Below are positions 14,449 to 27,419 of a stretch of 64,000 bases of DNA, in pieces. Location of the stretch: NCBI RefSeq assembly GCF_964355755.1, contig NC_092674.1:20212001-20276000 (forward strand), read 5' to 3'. The stretch is from Antedon mediterranea (lineage: Eukaryota > Animalia > Echinodermata). Numbering within the stretch: position 1 is the first letter of the stretch; every line of letters begins with the position of its first letter. The position numbers and the translations under genes are program-made. The notes beneath the pieces were generated by a model, which made no database searches, was not told the DNA's origin, and worked only from the letters and a program-made list of their open reading frames with translations.

Positions 14449-14570
14449 CAGGCCTGTAACCAATGGTGGGGGGGGGGGGGGGAAATAGCACGATCCTCCC
14501 GCTGAACAGAGAGTTCCTCCCACATTTTTTTGCTGGTCATACTAACACTACGATTTTTACTACAGGCCTA
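14449..14570. mobile_element. Degenerate MITE (CAGGCCTGTA...TACAGGCCT ends, poly-G tract)
   Basis: Short terminal inverted repeat and poly-G, the same layout as the hAT derivative at 23718. No clear TSD. Confidence 0.45.
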
Positions 14571-16263
14571 GTCAAGCCTTAATAAAAAGAGATTATTCAA
14601 TTTAAATCGACATTCACAATAGCAAAAGACATATGAATATAATTACAACCAAAATCATTTGTTAATATTAATTATCTTATTAGTTTTACACTTAAAAATA
14701 CAAATTGGAACTACCAAACACCAAGACATCTAGATCTTTTAAAAAGAAGTTATGGTACACGCAGAAAGGATGGATCCTCTCACACGCGTGTACGGCCGCG
14801 CATTCAGTCAGTCTAAAGTGGATGGATTAGATACGCAAGTTTATGACAGGCTCTTTTTAACGATAACAGCAGGGAGTTGCCGTCTCAACTGTGGTTGGTA
14901 TGTGTGAGTGTGTCGATGTAGGCCTAATTAATATTTTCAATACTTTCATACGGATGTCTGGCGGTGTCACATTCTTCAAAAATGGCATATGACGCTCTAT
15001 AAAAAAAGTGAAGAGATACACCAGAAGAAGAAGAGCCGGAAATGCGATTTACGGCCATCTAGAGAAAAAAAAATACCCCCGTTCTAGGGTGTGGTTCCAC
15101 TAAACAATTTAAACAATCCAGCCTGCCATCAAACCTGTACTGGTTATGTCCCTGTTGGTGTGCAACAAAAAATACATAATATCAATCGAAATCACACTAA
15201 ATCACTATTGGTTTTGATACTACTATTCTGCAATATTTTCTAAAAGTGAATTTTCTTCATCTTTTCAAGCTTCATTTGTATGACGAAAAATTATTTTTAT
15301 TTGATTTGTTCTGTATTTCTTCTTGTGTTTGCCTTATTTTTCCCTGAATTTAGTCCATTGATTGCCTGGGGCAAGCAACTTGGTTAATTGGCCCTGTAAT
15401 GATACTCTAGAAATTATGATAAAGACAATCAATAAACAACTTATTTCATGTGATAACTGTAATTACACTTCCATTAATTAAGACTCATCTTTTCAAATAA
15501 ATCATATGTATTCAGCTGTCAAATAAATTGATGAACCTTAATTGAAATATAGCAATGTCAATGCCATTCTATTAGTTTATGCTTGGCAGGTTATGCAATT
15601 GACAAACTCTGCTATGTGAAGTTTATAACTTGATAGATACTTCATAAAAAAGACAATTATGTAAGTTTCATAATAACCCATATGAAGCGACCAATCAGGA
15701 TTAACTTTGATTTATAACTTTAAAAATGCAAGAAAAAAGGCTCTAAAAGACAAACACGTAAGTCATACTGATGGATTAATTGGTCAATGTATCAATCACT
15801 AGTTTTCAATGGATTATGAATCAAAAACAATTATTAAGTTAAAAAAGTAAAGTACTATGATTTCAGCGTTTAGTATTTGGAAATCATTTCTACTGAGTTC
15901 AATGGTATTTGATGGGGTATTGGAGTCGGAATTTATTTAAAGGATGTGTTTATTCAAAGGTTGTTTTTTTATGGTGGAAAAGGGATTTGTACACAAATTA
16001 AGTTTGGTTAACATTTAGACAACTGTTATTGTAGGATCATGCAGAAAGAGATTGACGTTCTAACACTGATACTAAAGTTTAAAATGTTACATTCATGACT
16101 TCAAATAACTTTTGTTAAATAAGTTAAATATTGTACAGATTTGTATTTTGGAAAATATGATTGCAAAAACCATGTACTAAAGTCAGGTTTTTGGTAGATT
16201 ATGTGTTCCAAAAAGGAAAAACAATTAATTAAGAATGTTTTAACATTTTGGTTGTTAGGCTAG

Positions 16264-16305
16264 GCGGATAACCTAACTCGACCATAGTAACGAGTTTAAA
16301 TCTAG
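16264..16305 (+). mobile_element. Isolated 3' end of HINE family 1
   Basis: GCGGATAACCT-AACTCG..CGAGTT-taaat-CTAG, matching 41366-41407. Confidence 0.7.
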
Positions 16306-17301
16306 TGTTTATTTTGTCTTTTTTGAAGTGAAATTTTTAATTTTGTTAATAAGTTTATAAATGGCCAATTTAACGTTTCATTTTATCCATCTTTATCCTG
16401 TTTGGGGGATTTAAGTAAAGTAGTTTCTACATTAATATCGGAATTATGCATGTGCTATGTTAACTAATAATTTTACACAAATTGTCAGAAAATAAATGAT
16501 GTTTTTATTCAAGTAGTTTTATATATATTTTTAACTAAAGTATTTCTAGAATGAAACAAAAAATCAATTTAAAAATAAAAGAAGAAAAGAGAAACACATT
16601 TAAGTATAAAGAAAGTGAATGAGTTTAAGGACCAATTATGCCACTTACAACATAAAATTAGTTGAATTAATCACATTGCGATTACATCTAACAAACTTCA
16701 AGCATAATTGTTTCCTTTCTATGACCTCATTATAAAAACAAAATAGGAATTGTTGATGTGGTTTGTCCATTAAAGCATTTGTTTTCTCAATGTAAATGGT
16801 ATTCACATTGAATAATAATCATGTAAGTACATTGAAAATAGCAATGACGGACATTCAAACTGTGAAACTGCAGAGGTGGCCAAATCCAACGACAGGAAGT
16901 CATATCAAAGTATATTCACATCTCTTTATCAAAGGTAGTCTCAGACAAAAGGTGGACAATTGCCGTTGCTTTTGTTAGTTCTACAACGATTTCTTCTCTT
17001 AATTATATTGTAGAAGCAGCTTGAGGCACACAAGGCTTTAAGATTTCTCACTTAAGGCGTGTAGTCTCGAGCGTTCTAGCTGTAATCTTCTGCTGTGATT
17101 TCACTGATAGTTGTCATAATTATAAAGCACTAATTTAGCTTTTGGAAAGAGACAGATTACATAACAAATTCAAGAAAACATACAAGATATTTGTATTGAT
17201 ATCAAACATATGACGTACATTGATTCATATACAATATTGCAGGCATACACATACAGAGAAAAACATTCACTCTTTTATTTTGTTCAGATATATATTTGTG
17301 A

Positions 17302-17610
17302 GTGAGTGTGGCCGAGCGGTTAAGACAGTGGAACCGAAATCCATAGCCATAACATGGTTCTGGTGGTAGAACAAGTTTTCTCGGATAAGGACTATAAACC
17401 GTAGGCCCAGTGTACATTTGGCTCATGTGCCCTTTAAGGAACCTAGTACATCTTTCGAGACGAGTAGGGGGTTACCCCGGTGTACTAGTTCATTCATACA
17501 CACACACTGTCGTAAACAGACGTATTGGCGCCGTAGTTGGCTGCCGATGTCACAATAGGACACTTAGTGGAGCAGTAGCCTTCAACTATGAAGTTTGCTC
17601 CTTAAAATAG
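17302..17610 (+). mobile_element. tRNA-derived SINE with Deu/Nin-like central domain (B box apparently deleted)
   Basis: A box TGGCCGAGCGG at 17309-17319. Core GGATAAGGACTATAAACCGTAGGCCC ... TTCGAGACGAGTAGGGGGTTACCCCGGTGT resembles, from memory, the Deu/Nin SINE domain. Confidence 0.65.
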
Positions 17611-17754
17611 AAGAAGACGATATTCAGGTGCCATCTTCCTTGCATCAATAACCAAAATGGCTTCTAAGATCAAAAACTCACAGCTACGGTGGTGGTCGTC
17701 TCAGCACAAAACACACAAATTTGGCTTAAATTTTTTCCAAATTGCGGGACACTA

Positions 17755-17965
17755 ATTTACCTCCGCCAAGGAGGTATATGTAATCGATCGCATGTGTTTG
17801 TTGGTCTGTCTGTTTATATATTTGTTTGTTAGCAGGATAACTCAAAGTTTATTGCAAAATCTTTACCAAAATGAAAATACAGATAGATATGTGGTCAAGG
17901 ACCACTCCATTAAATTTTGGAGGCAATCTGGACCAGGGTCCCAATTCTGGAGCAGTTTTTAGTAT
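17755..17965 (+). mobile_element. 5' fragment of a DINE-1/HINE-like element (third family)
   Basis: TTACCTCCGCCAAGGAGGT terminal palindrome, then a GTCT/GTTT microsatellite, GTTAGCAGGATAACTCAAA and CCATTAAATTTTGG. Confidence 0.65.
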
Positions 17966-18450
17966 TGTTTTCAGATCTGCTAGTGTTAACAAATAGGAGA
18001 CAATTGTCTTATATCTTATATCAATCCCGCATTGTATATCATTTGTTATGTTTATTTAATTGTGAAAATGATAAATTACATAACTTATTTGAAATAGCAT
18101 AACAATTTTTTCTGAAATAAAATGATTGAATGAAAATATTTTATTTACTTAAATTCCCCTTAAATATCTATTTACAACTGAATTACGTATAGTATTTCTG
18201 ACATTATTCTCTAATAATAGAGTAATCTTTTAAAATGAGTAATAAAAGAATAAGTAAAGTACATGAACAAAATCAATTTAGCAGTGTTTTCTCACGTTGA
18301 TTTATGGTTTTATTGGTTCTCTATTGATTGGATCACGTTATTCTTCAACTTCTATTCAAATCAATCTTATGAATGTCATAACACCCTAACTCTATTAATA
18401 TCGGCATTCTTCGTATTCTTCTCTTAAACTAAAGTTTCTTTTTAAAAGGT

Positions 18451-18874
18451 TCAACGAAACACCAAAGCTGAAAAACATGTTGTGGACGAATGCCCAGAAA
18501 CAATGTAGGAAGAGTCAACCAAGTCGGACATGTATTGTTCACCATTTATCCTCGAGGCATTCTCTTTAAATCCCTGTATACCCACAGGTGTGTTAATACG
18601 TTTCTCGCACGCAACATGTACTCATCTATTGTCTATCGATTGCTTGAATAACTACCAACGGTTTAAACACCCTTATCATCTTTGTTTTCGCCGTCTACTC
18701 TATTGTGTAATTTTGATTTGAAAAACTTCCTCCTCGAAAGCTATCCAAACTTCTATTGTATTCAAACAGTACACCACTATAGACTGTTCAAATATTACAC
18801 AAAACCCCTCTATATTTTAGAAGTTTACTGAATGGAGTGAAAAGTTTATAAATCACCGCCAACTATACGATCAT
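18451..18874 (-). pseudogene. Decayed ORF of unknown, probably transposon-borne, protein (~140 codons)
   Basis: Manual translation: MIV*LAVIYKLFTPFSKLLKYRGVLCNI*TVYSGVLFEYNRSLDSFRGGSFSNQNYTIE*TAKTKMIRVFKPLVVIQAIDRQ*M/VHVACEKRINTPVGIQGFKENASRINGEQYMSDLVDSSYIVSGHSSTTCFSALVFR*. One frameshift and 4 internal stops, all TAG/TGA. Confidence 0.5.
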
Positions 18875-19264
18875 TGTGAAGTCAACACTGGATTAATACA
18901 ATCGTTCACAATGCTGCTGTACTATGATGACCACCTGGTTGCTAAGCAACCATACATAAATAGAAGTGAAACAATACAGTATATATTCTTTTAAAGAAAT
19001 AAAGTTGTTATCCTGTCATTTAAAAATAACAAACATGTAATATTTTGGATCAAAATTACTTTTTCTCTTCTCGATATTTTAAAACATATTATAAGGTAAT
19101 ACAATTTACACTATAATATATATCAAAAGATATACGATAATTTAATTTACTTAATTTTATAATTATGCTTTTAAATTATCTCTTAATCTCAACTTTTAAA
19201 CTAGAGATGATAGTAAAAATCAATTATACTGTGGTGTAATAGGTGCAAACCACATTATCACTTT

Positions 19265-21005
19265 AGTGTAAGGATGCAACCGATGTGATGTAGTATAATT
19301 GGTGCAACCAATGTGATTTATGTAGTATAATTGGTGCAACCAATGTGATTGATGTAGTATAATTGGTGCAACCAATGTGATTGATGTAGTATAATTGGTG
19401 CAACCAATGTGATTGATGTAGTATAATTGGTGCAACCATCGCTTTAGTCTAATTGGTGCAACCGATGTGATTGATGTAGTATAATTGGTGCAACCAATGA
19501 GATTGATGTAGTATAATTGGTGCAACCAATGTAATCGATTTAGTGTAATGGATGCAACCGATGTGATTGATGTAGTATAATTGGTGCAACCAACGTAATC
19601 GCTTTAGTGTAATGGACATGCAACCGATGTGATTGATGTAGTATAATTGGTGCAACCAATGTAATCGCTTTAGTCTAATTGGTGCAACCGATGTGATTGC
19701 TGTAGTGTAATGAGTGCAACTGCTATGGTCGCTGTAGTGTAATGGGTGCAACCGATATGTGATTGCTGTAGTGTAATGGGTGCAACTGCTATGGTCGCTG
19801 TAGTGTAATGGGTGCAACCAATGTGATTGCTGTAGTGTAATGGGTGCAACTGCTATGGTCACTGTAGTGTAATGGGTGCAACCAATGTGATTGCTGTAGT
19901 GTAATGGGTGCAACCGATGTGATTGCTGTAGTGTAATGGGTGCAACCGATGTGATTGCTGTAGTGTAATGGGTGCCACTGCTGTGGTCACTGTAGTGTAA
20001 TGGGTGTAACCGATGTGATTGCTGTAGTGTAATGAGTGCAACTGCTATGGTCGCTTTAGTCTAATTGGTGCAACCGATGTGATTGCTGTAGTGTAATGAG
20101 TGCAACTGCTATCGTCGCTGTAGTCTAATTGGTGCAACCAATGTGATTGCTGTAGTGTAATGGGTGCAACTGCTATGGTCGCTGTAGTGTAATGGGTGCA
20201 ACCAATGTGATTGCTGTAGTGTAATGGGTGCAACTGCTATGGTCACTGTAGTGTAATGGGTGCAACCAATGTGATTGCCGTAGTGTAATGGGTGCAACTG
20301 CTATGGTCACTGTAGTGTAATGGGTGCAACCGATGTGATTGCTGTAGTGTAATGGGTGCAACCGATGTGATTGCTGTAGTGTAATTGGTGCAACTGCTGT
20401 GGTCACTGTAGTGTAATGGGTGTAACCGATGTGATTGCTGTAGTGTAATGGGTGCAACCGATGTGATTGCTGTAGTGTAATGGGTGCAACTGCTATGGTC
20501 GCTGTAGTGTAATGGGTGCAACCGATGTGATTGCTGTAGTGTAATGGGTGCAACCGATGTGATTGCTGTAGTGTAATGGGTGCAACTGCTATGGTCACTG
20601 TAGTGTAATGGGTGCAACCAATGTGATTGCCGTAGTGTAATGGGTGCAACTGCTATGGTCGCTGTAGTGTAATGGGTGCAACCAATGTGATTGCTGTAGT
20701 GTAATGGGTGCAACTGCTATGGTCACTGTAGTGTAATGGGTGCAACCAATGTGATTGCTGTAGTGTAATGGGTGCAACTGTTATGGTCACTGTAGTGTAA
20801 TGGGTGCAACCAATGTGATTGCCGTAGTGTAATGGGTGCAACTGCTATGGTCACTGTAGTGTAATGGGTGCAACCGATGTGATTGCTGTAGTGTAATGGG
20901 TGCAACCGATGTGATTGCTGTAGTGTAATGGGTGCAACTGCTGTGGTCACTGTAGTGTAATGGGGTGCAACCGATATGATTGCTGTAGTGTAATGAGTGC
21001 AACCG
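19265..21005. repeat. Minisatellite, 32-bp unit (GGTGCAACC[A/G]ATGTGATTG[A/C]TGTAGT[A/G]TAAT[T/G] and variant GGGTGCAACTGCTATGGTC[A/G]CTGTAGTGTAAT), ~54 copies
   Basis: Tandem repetition read directly. All ORFs called here are repeat translations. Confidence 0.97.
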
Positions 21006-23047
21006 GTGTGGTCTCTGTTACAGTGTTCCTACCCAAGGGGATGGCCTCATTGATTGTGTAAAAAGGGTATAAGAAAGTACAACCCTTAAAAATGAAATGA
21101 ATAGTCACTTTCTTTATCAAACAGGATTTCCAGTGAAGTATGAAAAAAAAACGAGACTTTGAATTATTTTAAACAGGAAATGAAAAACAAAACATTCATC
21201 TGTTATTAAGTTTGAGAAAAATAGCAAAACAAATAGCAGGAAAGCCAGCCCTTCTGGGAATATAATTAAACAGCAATGATCTAACGCCAATGGGTGTACT
21301 TTGAAAATGAACACATTGTACTATATAATCCAACACACAGCAGTAGATAATACACAAAAGTGAAGTCAAATACCTAAAACTTCTGGAAAAGCTTCAGAAA
21401 GATGATGTTAAATTAATTAACAAATCATTACTTTACAGGGAGTAATAACTACCAGTCCAAGTGAACTTTGTGCCACATGAAATTGATATTCTGCAGCCTG
21501 TTGAATACACAAGTGCATGATCTTAAACTGAAAAAAAAACAACAAATGTTTTGAAAGAATAGTTTGGGTTTAATGGTTAATGAATTAAAGCCTGAAAGCA
21601 CTGTGAAAACAAGCAGCAAATGAAAAAGAGAGAAAGTCCAAAACAATGTATGGAGATACACCCTCGTCGCTAACCAGGGTTCAAACTGATGAACTTTGGT
21701 TAGCACCAATTGATTCTCAGCCTCCTGAGGGTTCAGTGTCTCATATTCTAGTAAACAGGCAATTTATAACTAAAAATTATGACTAATAATTATTCACCAA
21801 ATGTGTTTCTTTTATAGTCAACTAGATTCCTTACAATTTATTTCTGCCAATCGCTAATAATCCTATGTTGTTTGTTGACTATGGAAAGGGAGTGTCCTGT
21901 AGGCTACAGTACATGGCGTTCCTTGGACACTAACTTGAAAATTCTAACATTATAACCATTCAATCAATTTTAGAAACATTTCTCTAATCTAAAAGTGTTA
22001 AATTTCACCTTTTTACAGCTAGAAAATGGATTAGTCTTAGCTTGCAAGTGAAGGTAAATTATTAATTAATAATAGTAATTTATATTTATTATTAATTATT
22101 ATACATACTTACTTCATCCGTGTGCTAAACTGATATCACCATAGGCTGCATTGCTAGTATATTTAATAATCTACAGGTTAAAATAATCTCATAAATGTTG
22201 ATATGTTTTATGGGTAATATTTAAATCCTTCAACATAAGAAAAGAAAAAAAAAACAAAACAGTGAAATCCTATTTCTGTCAACTAACTATCAAATGCAAA
22301 TAAGGTATAGGCCTACAGTAAGTCAATAACTGTTGACCACGATGCGATTGCAACTCCCCTTTCCACCATTTCCTAAAAAGTGTATTTTCAAGAAGTCATA
22401 AATTTTCTAAAATTTGGGGCTACTACATTCTTTTAGACTTTATCAATAATTCAAAAGGAGAATTATTATACTGTGAATTACTGTAGTTTATCATTATCAA
22501 CGAAAAAAATAATACTTGCAGGAGTTGACTTAAGGAGAGTAGAAAATAATCATGTGTCCTGTAAACGAAAATATACTTTAATTTTCTTGAGTATAATTAA
22601 AAATGGCTATTGTGGCTATTAAGAAAATGTTGGCAACAATAATACAATTGTATACTACAATACAATAAAGTTGTGATATATTAACCATTTATCCTTTTGT
22701 ATTTAGTGAGTGAGACCCTGTAGGTATATACCACTCATATTCACTTGTTCAGATGTTGAAAGTAAAGTGTCACACACTCAATGTCACAATAACTTGTTGT
22801 TTAACTGAATGCAATCTCTCAAAGCAATTGAACAAGAGAAAGAATGAGCCTGAAGTGCAATGACAAATGTAACCTGTAGGCTACTGAAGACAGAAGATAT
22901 AAAAAAAATAAAAGACCCACCAGAATGTCATAATTGGCATGAAATAGGTCATGTATTTAGAACATTAGTATTTTGAGATTAGGTGAAACTTTATTAATAA
23001 TTAATTATTTTATAGAATGCTTATTTATGCTTCAGAAGAGGATCTCT

Positions 23048-23590
23048 TAATGCCTTGCTCCCAATAGTTTAATCATGACCAGTGGCTGCCTTGCTCCAAA
23101 TGGTTCAATCACGACCAATGGCTGCCTTGTTCCCAATGGTTCAATCATTACCAGTGACTGCCTTGCTCCCAATGGTTCAATCATGACCAGTGGCTGCCTT
23201 GCTCCAAATGGTTTAATTATGTCCAGTGACTGCCTTGCTCTCAATGGTTCAATCATGACCAGTGGCTGTCTTGCTCTCAATCCATCATGATCAGTGGCTG
23301 CCTTGCTCTCAATGGTTCAATCATGACAAGTGGTTGCCTTGCTCCCAATGGTTCAATCCTGACCAGTGGCTGCATTGCTCCCAAATGGTTCAATCCTAAC
23401 CAGTGGCTGCCTTGCTCCCAATGGTTCAATCATGACCAGTGGCTGTCTTGCTCCCAATGGTTCAATCATGACCAGTGGCTACCTTGCTCCCAATGGTTCA
23501 ATCATGACCAGTGACTGCCTTGTTCCAAATGGTTCAATCATGATCAGTGTCTGCCTTACTCTCAATAGTATAATCATGACCAGTGGCTGG
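23048..23590. repeat. Minisatellite, 36-bp unit AATGGTTCAATCATGACCAGTGGCTGCCTTGCTCCC, ~15 copies
   Basis: Tandem repetition read directly. Confidence 0.95.
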
Positions 23591-23717
23591 GTTATAACTC
23601 ATAGCATTAAGACTTCTTATAAGCACATGGAGTATCAGTGATAATAGTTATTATTGAGTAGTCCCGGTGAGTAGTACATAGAATTACCATAACGTAATCA
23701 ATTGCTTAGAAATCTGT

Positions 23718-25018
23718 CAGGGGCGCAGCCAGTGGGGGGGGGGGGGGGGGGGGGGTACGGGGGTCCTGGGTCACGGGGGTCCTGACCCCCCTTTTTTTTA
23801 GAAAAAATTAATAAAAACATGAGACAACAATACAGATCAAATCATCCTAGAGATACTGTGGAAGATTACTACCGAGCAGTATTACCAAATCAACAAACCG
23901 AGTTAAAAACCCGTTTTTCTGCCGATAACAGGCCATGCTCTAACATATTTGGCGTAGCACCCAAGTCTATCGAAGTGTAATGTTGAAGAAGTCTTCAAGG
24001 AACTTGAATTTGGTACGATGATCTGCCAAGACACGAACATCTTCATTCCGACGGAGCTTCAGTGATGGAAGCGACTGTGTAAAATTAGCGGATCCAGATG
24101 TGTTCCCGAATGTGCGTGCACTTCTTCCAATCGCGTAGGCCTATGCCCGTAACGTCTGCTGAAGCTGAGCGGAGTTTTTCGACTTTATGGAGAACGAAAA
24201 CCTGTTTGCGAAATCACATGTCTTATGAGCAGCTTTCGGGATTGTGCCTCATGAACATACACTTTAACATGAACATTAATACAGAGAATGTCATTCGCGA
24301 ATTCTGTCTCCAAGCAAGAATGTTCCAAACTTATGTTTAAAGATGCATCACGCGATGTCTAGAGCGCCGTTATAGTAACTAACGTAAAATGTATAATAAT
24401 AGAAGTTAGTTATTACAATTATGTATAAGCTATCACCTATACTATACATTCGAACAAAATAGGTATATTTTTAAACAAAATATTGTATGTACTGGGTATG
24501 ATAAGCGTCTCACATACACACGGAGCCAAGATAGCTTCTTGGACTTGCACAGTGTATAAACTCTATAACCTTACGGTTCTCAATAATATCACTCCATGCT
24601 ATCATTCTAATATCTTTTTTCAAACTTTTGCATCTCTACGTTCATTTCATGCAACTTTTGTATTGGTGAAAAGGGAGGAATTCAAATAATTCCTCCTGAG
24701 TTTACAGCCTCTCTACACAAATCAACAAACAAGCAAGAAAAAAAGTGTTTTCTGTGGCAGCCTGGAATATAAAAATGTTGTTTTTTGTTTTCTTTGTTTC
24801 AGTTTATTAGTGTTAACATTGTCATATTTGTTTGTGCGTAAACCGATTCAAATGATCTAGATTGCCCTAGACCGCCAAAGCTTCCAGGGAGCCCCCTGGA
24901 CCCCAACCGGGGGCCCTTGGCGGCCCCCTGGCCCCCAGCCCATGGTTGCTCGCTTCGCTCGCAAAATACTCACATATTCGTTGACCCCCCCTTTAATTCT
25001 TTGCTGGCTGCGCCCCTG
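23718..25018 (+). mobile_element. hAT DNA transposon deletion derivative with 5-bp TSD (hAT5-like)
   Basis: Perfect 15-bp TIR CAGGGGCGCAGCCAG (23718-23732) / CTGGCTGCGCCCCTG (25004-25018). TSD TCTGT on both sides. Internal transposase remnant. Confidence 0.85.
23830..24340 (+). pseudogene. hAT transposase C-terminal (hATC dimerisation domain) remnant
   Basis: ORF 24098-24340 contains PVTSAEAERSFSTLWRTKTCLRNHMSYEQLSGLCLMNIH, the typical hATC motif (PxTSxxxERSFSxLxRxKTxLRxxMxxxxLxGLxLxxIH). The upstream part is frameshifted and its left boundary is approximate. Confidence 0.85.
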
Positions 25019-27419
25019 TCTGTGTATTAAAATGATTATTAAAACCATATTTTTTAATTTCCTGGCAAATTTGTTATATATTTGCTTCCTATTGAAAAGG
25101 CAGATTCAATTTCATTAAACCATTTATTTGTTTTCTGAAACCAAAAGATAAAATTCACTTCATACAATTTAACTACTTCCTCTGAGCATAAACAAGCTTC
25201 ATTAATTTTGTATTATTTATTAGTTTAACTGCATTCTGAAGTATGATTTGTTAAGTATTAATAGATAAATATCTAAAGCTGGGATCAAGTGAGATAAATA
25301 AAACACAATAGCTAGAAGATATATATTAAATTTCAAAAGTTGGAAGAGTCATTAAATAGTTTTTGATCATTTGTTATCTATGCTTGCTCCAGCCTGATTG
25401 AGTCATCTTCACCACCTGTCATGAAAATAATAGTAACCACAACAATAGGAAGACAATACAGTTTAAAAGAAACCACTGGAAAAAAGAACAACTAAAGATT
25501 AAATTCTATTATTCTAGATACCTCTGCATGGGAAATCTGGGATTTAGAATTCAATGGTAATAATCTTTCTATAGAAATTTGATAAAACCTTGAAGATAAA
25601 GAAGACCTAATAGATTCTTTGCCATTAGCAGGCAAAACGATTATAATTTTAAAGGGATTATAAGGTTGCTAAATAATACAAATTTGACCATTGGTTGGCT
25701 AAATGATATTAGTGGTGTCAAAATGAACATTGTGTTGAGAGATAAAGAAAAAAAAAAGTTTTTATAATTTGAATTTTTAAAGTTTCATCTCACAGACTAT
25801 AGTACAGTTTCACCACTCCTTTATCAAGGGGACACTCTGGGTGAATGGAAGTTCCTCCCAAACAACATATTTTGGACTTCTGCTATAGTGCTATTCTGTA
25901 TTCTCGAATGATAATACCATCAAAGCAGCTTTGCATCAGGGAGCTAACATTAAGTTGTGATAAAAATTGTAATTAAAATGGTTTTTTTCCTGCACAGAAA
26001 ATATAAAAAAATTAATATAAGCAAAAATCCACTGACAGTAGTAATATACTTACTTTATTACTGTTTATCTGATCATTTACATACAGGAAAACAAGTTTAC
26101 TACAAGTAGTGAAAAAAGTGTGTTAAAACAAGTAAAAACAAAACTGATCAAGAATGAAGAGTTAAAAGGATACAATGTTAAAATGAAAAGTATCGGTAAA
26201 TAAATGTTGCATTGTAATCAAATTGATTCAATAAAACGCCATAATAGCATTTAGTATCTTGTTTCATCTTGCAATAAAACATGTAAAACACATTGATTTT
26301 TCCCATTTTCTCATTTTAATCATCGACCACCGTCTGTATTACGTATGAGAAGCAATGCGAGTGAGAATTTATAATCCACGAAACAGAGAAACTCGACGGG
26401 GCAGGCATTCAAACACGAACTTCAAATCCCGCATGAATCTAAAGGTGTCAGAAGTGAGTAGTATATAATCCGATTCAATTCATAAAACGTGAGGTATTTA
26501 CAAGTGACAATGTAAAAACAAATGGCAATGTAATCTGATTAGTGGATGTAATGACTCCCACCAGGTTTAACTGAAGGGGGTGCAGTAAATAACAGCTAAT
26601 TATAATAACAAATATTCAAAAACTTGTTGATATTATTAAATTAACAACTTTTATGTGTTTCAACCCTTTTGAGGGATCAAATCAAATTGTCACCAAACAT
26701 GAAAAATAAAGATGAATATGAAAATTTCGAATTTGCAATTTCAAATTAGTTTTATTAAACAATTTATAATTAGGTTTATACAAAATTTGGCTTTAAAACC
26801 TGAATACCTCAATGCTTTAAATTTTGCTTTTATCAAATAATTAATTTTTCACCCCAATTTTATTTTTGTCAAAAAGAACAACTATTATGTTTTTATTTGT
26901 TCAAGGGACAATATCTTAAAAGACAAGAAATGTTATTTAGTGTCAGTGTCATAAAGGTCCCATAACTATTTAATACTAAACTAGCTACAATATGTACTAT
27001 ATACTAGTGTACAATTTATATTGTACTGTTCTGTTTATAACTGCAAATTAATAAATTAATTATTATTTTAAGCATATACAATTTTACAAAACATTTATCT
27101 ACAAATACATAAAGTACTGGTAATAAATTAAATATATAATAATTTTAATAATAAATACACCATGTTTCTTTCCCAGCTTGGCACTTCATATTTAAATAAA
27201 CAGAATTTACATTTTATGTCACACTAGCAAAGACATGTTGAAAGTGACAATTTCCATTTATGTCAATGATTGATTAAACTTGAAGGAAGAAAAGATTTAT
27301 ATATTAATAATTAAATTTAGGATAAATACAATTGTATTTGTAAATTTATTGAATTGAATTTTATTAATTTTGAATATAAATTAAAATATTTAGTAAGGAA
27401 GTTTAATTGAAATACAATA

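Noticed and set aside
19220-21002. Many His/Thr-rich ORFs and a superficially CRISPR-like periodicity
   Set aside because: Translations of a 32-bp tandem repeat. There are no unique spacers or cas genes, and the context is eukaryotic.
21440-21545. Possible isolated exon (also ~33440-33575)
   Set aside because: Splice-acceptor-like tracts exist, but the translations are unrecognisable or hit stops and no partner exons were found.
23047-23641. 12-aa repeat ORFs (NGSIMTSGCLAP) on both strands
   Set aside because: A 36-bp unit keeps frame by arithmetic. Indels near 23281 and 23383 break the frame, and there is no gene structure.
23734-23757. Poly-G tract as a standalone G-quadruplex regulator (also ~14469-14482)
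   Set aside because: Both are subterminal parts of transposon ends.
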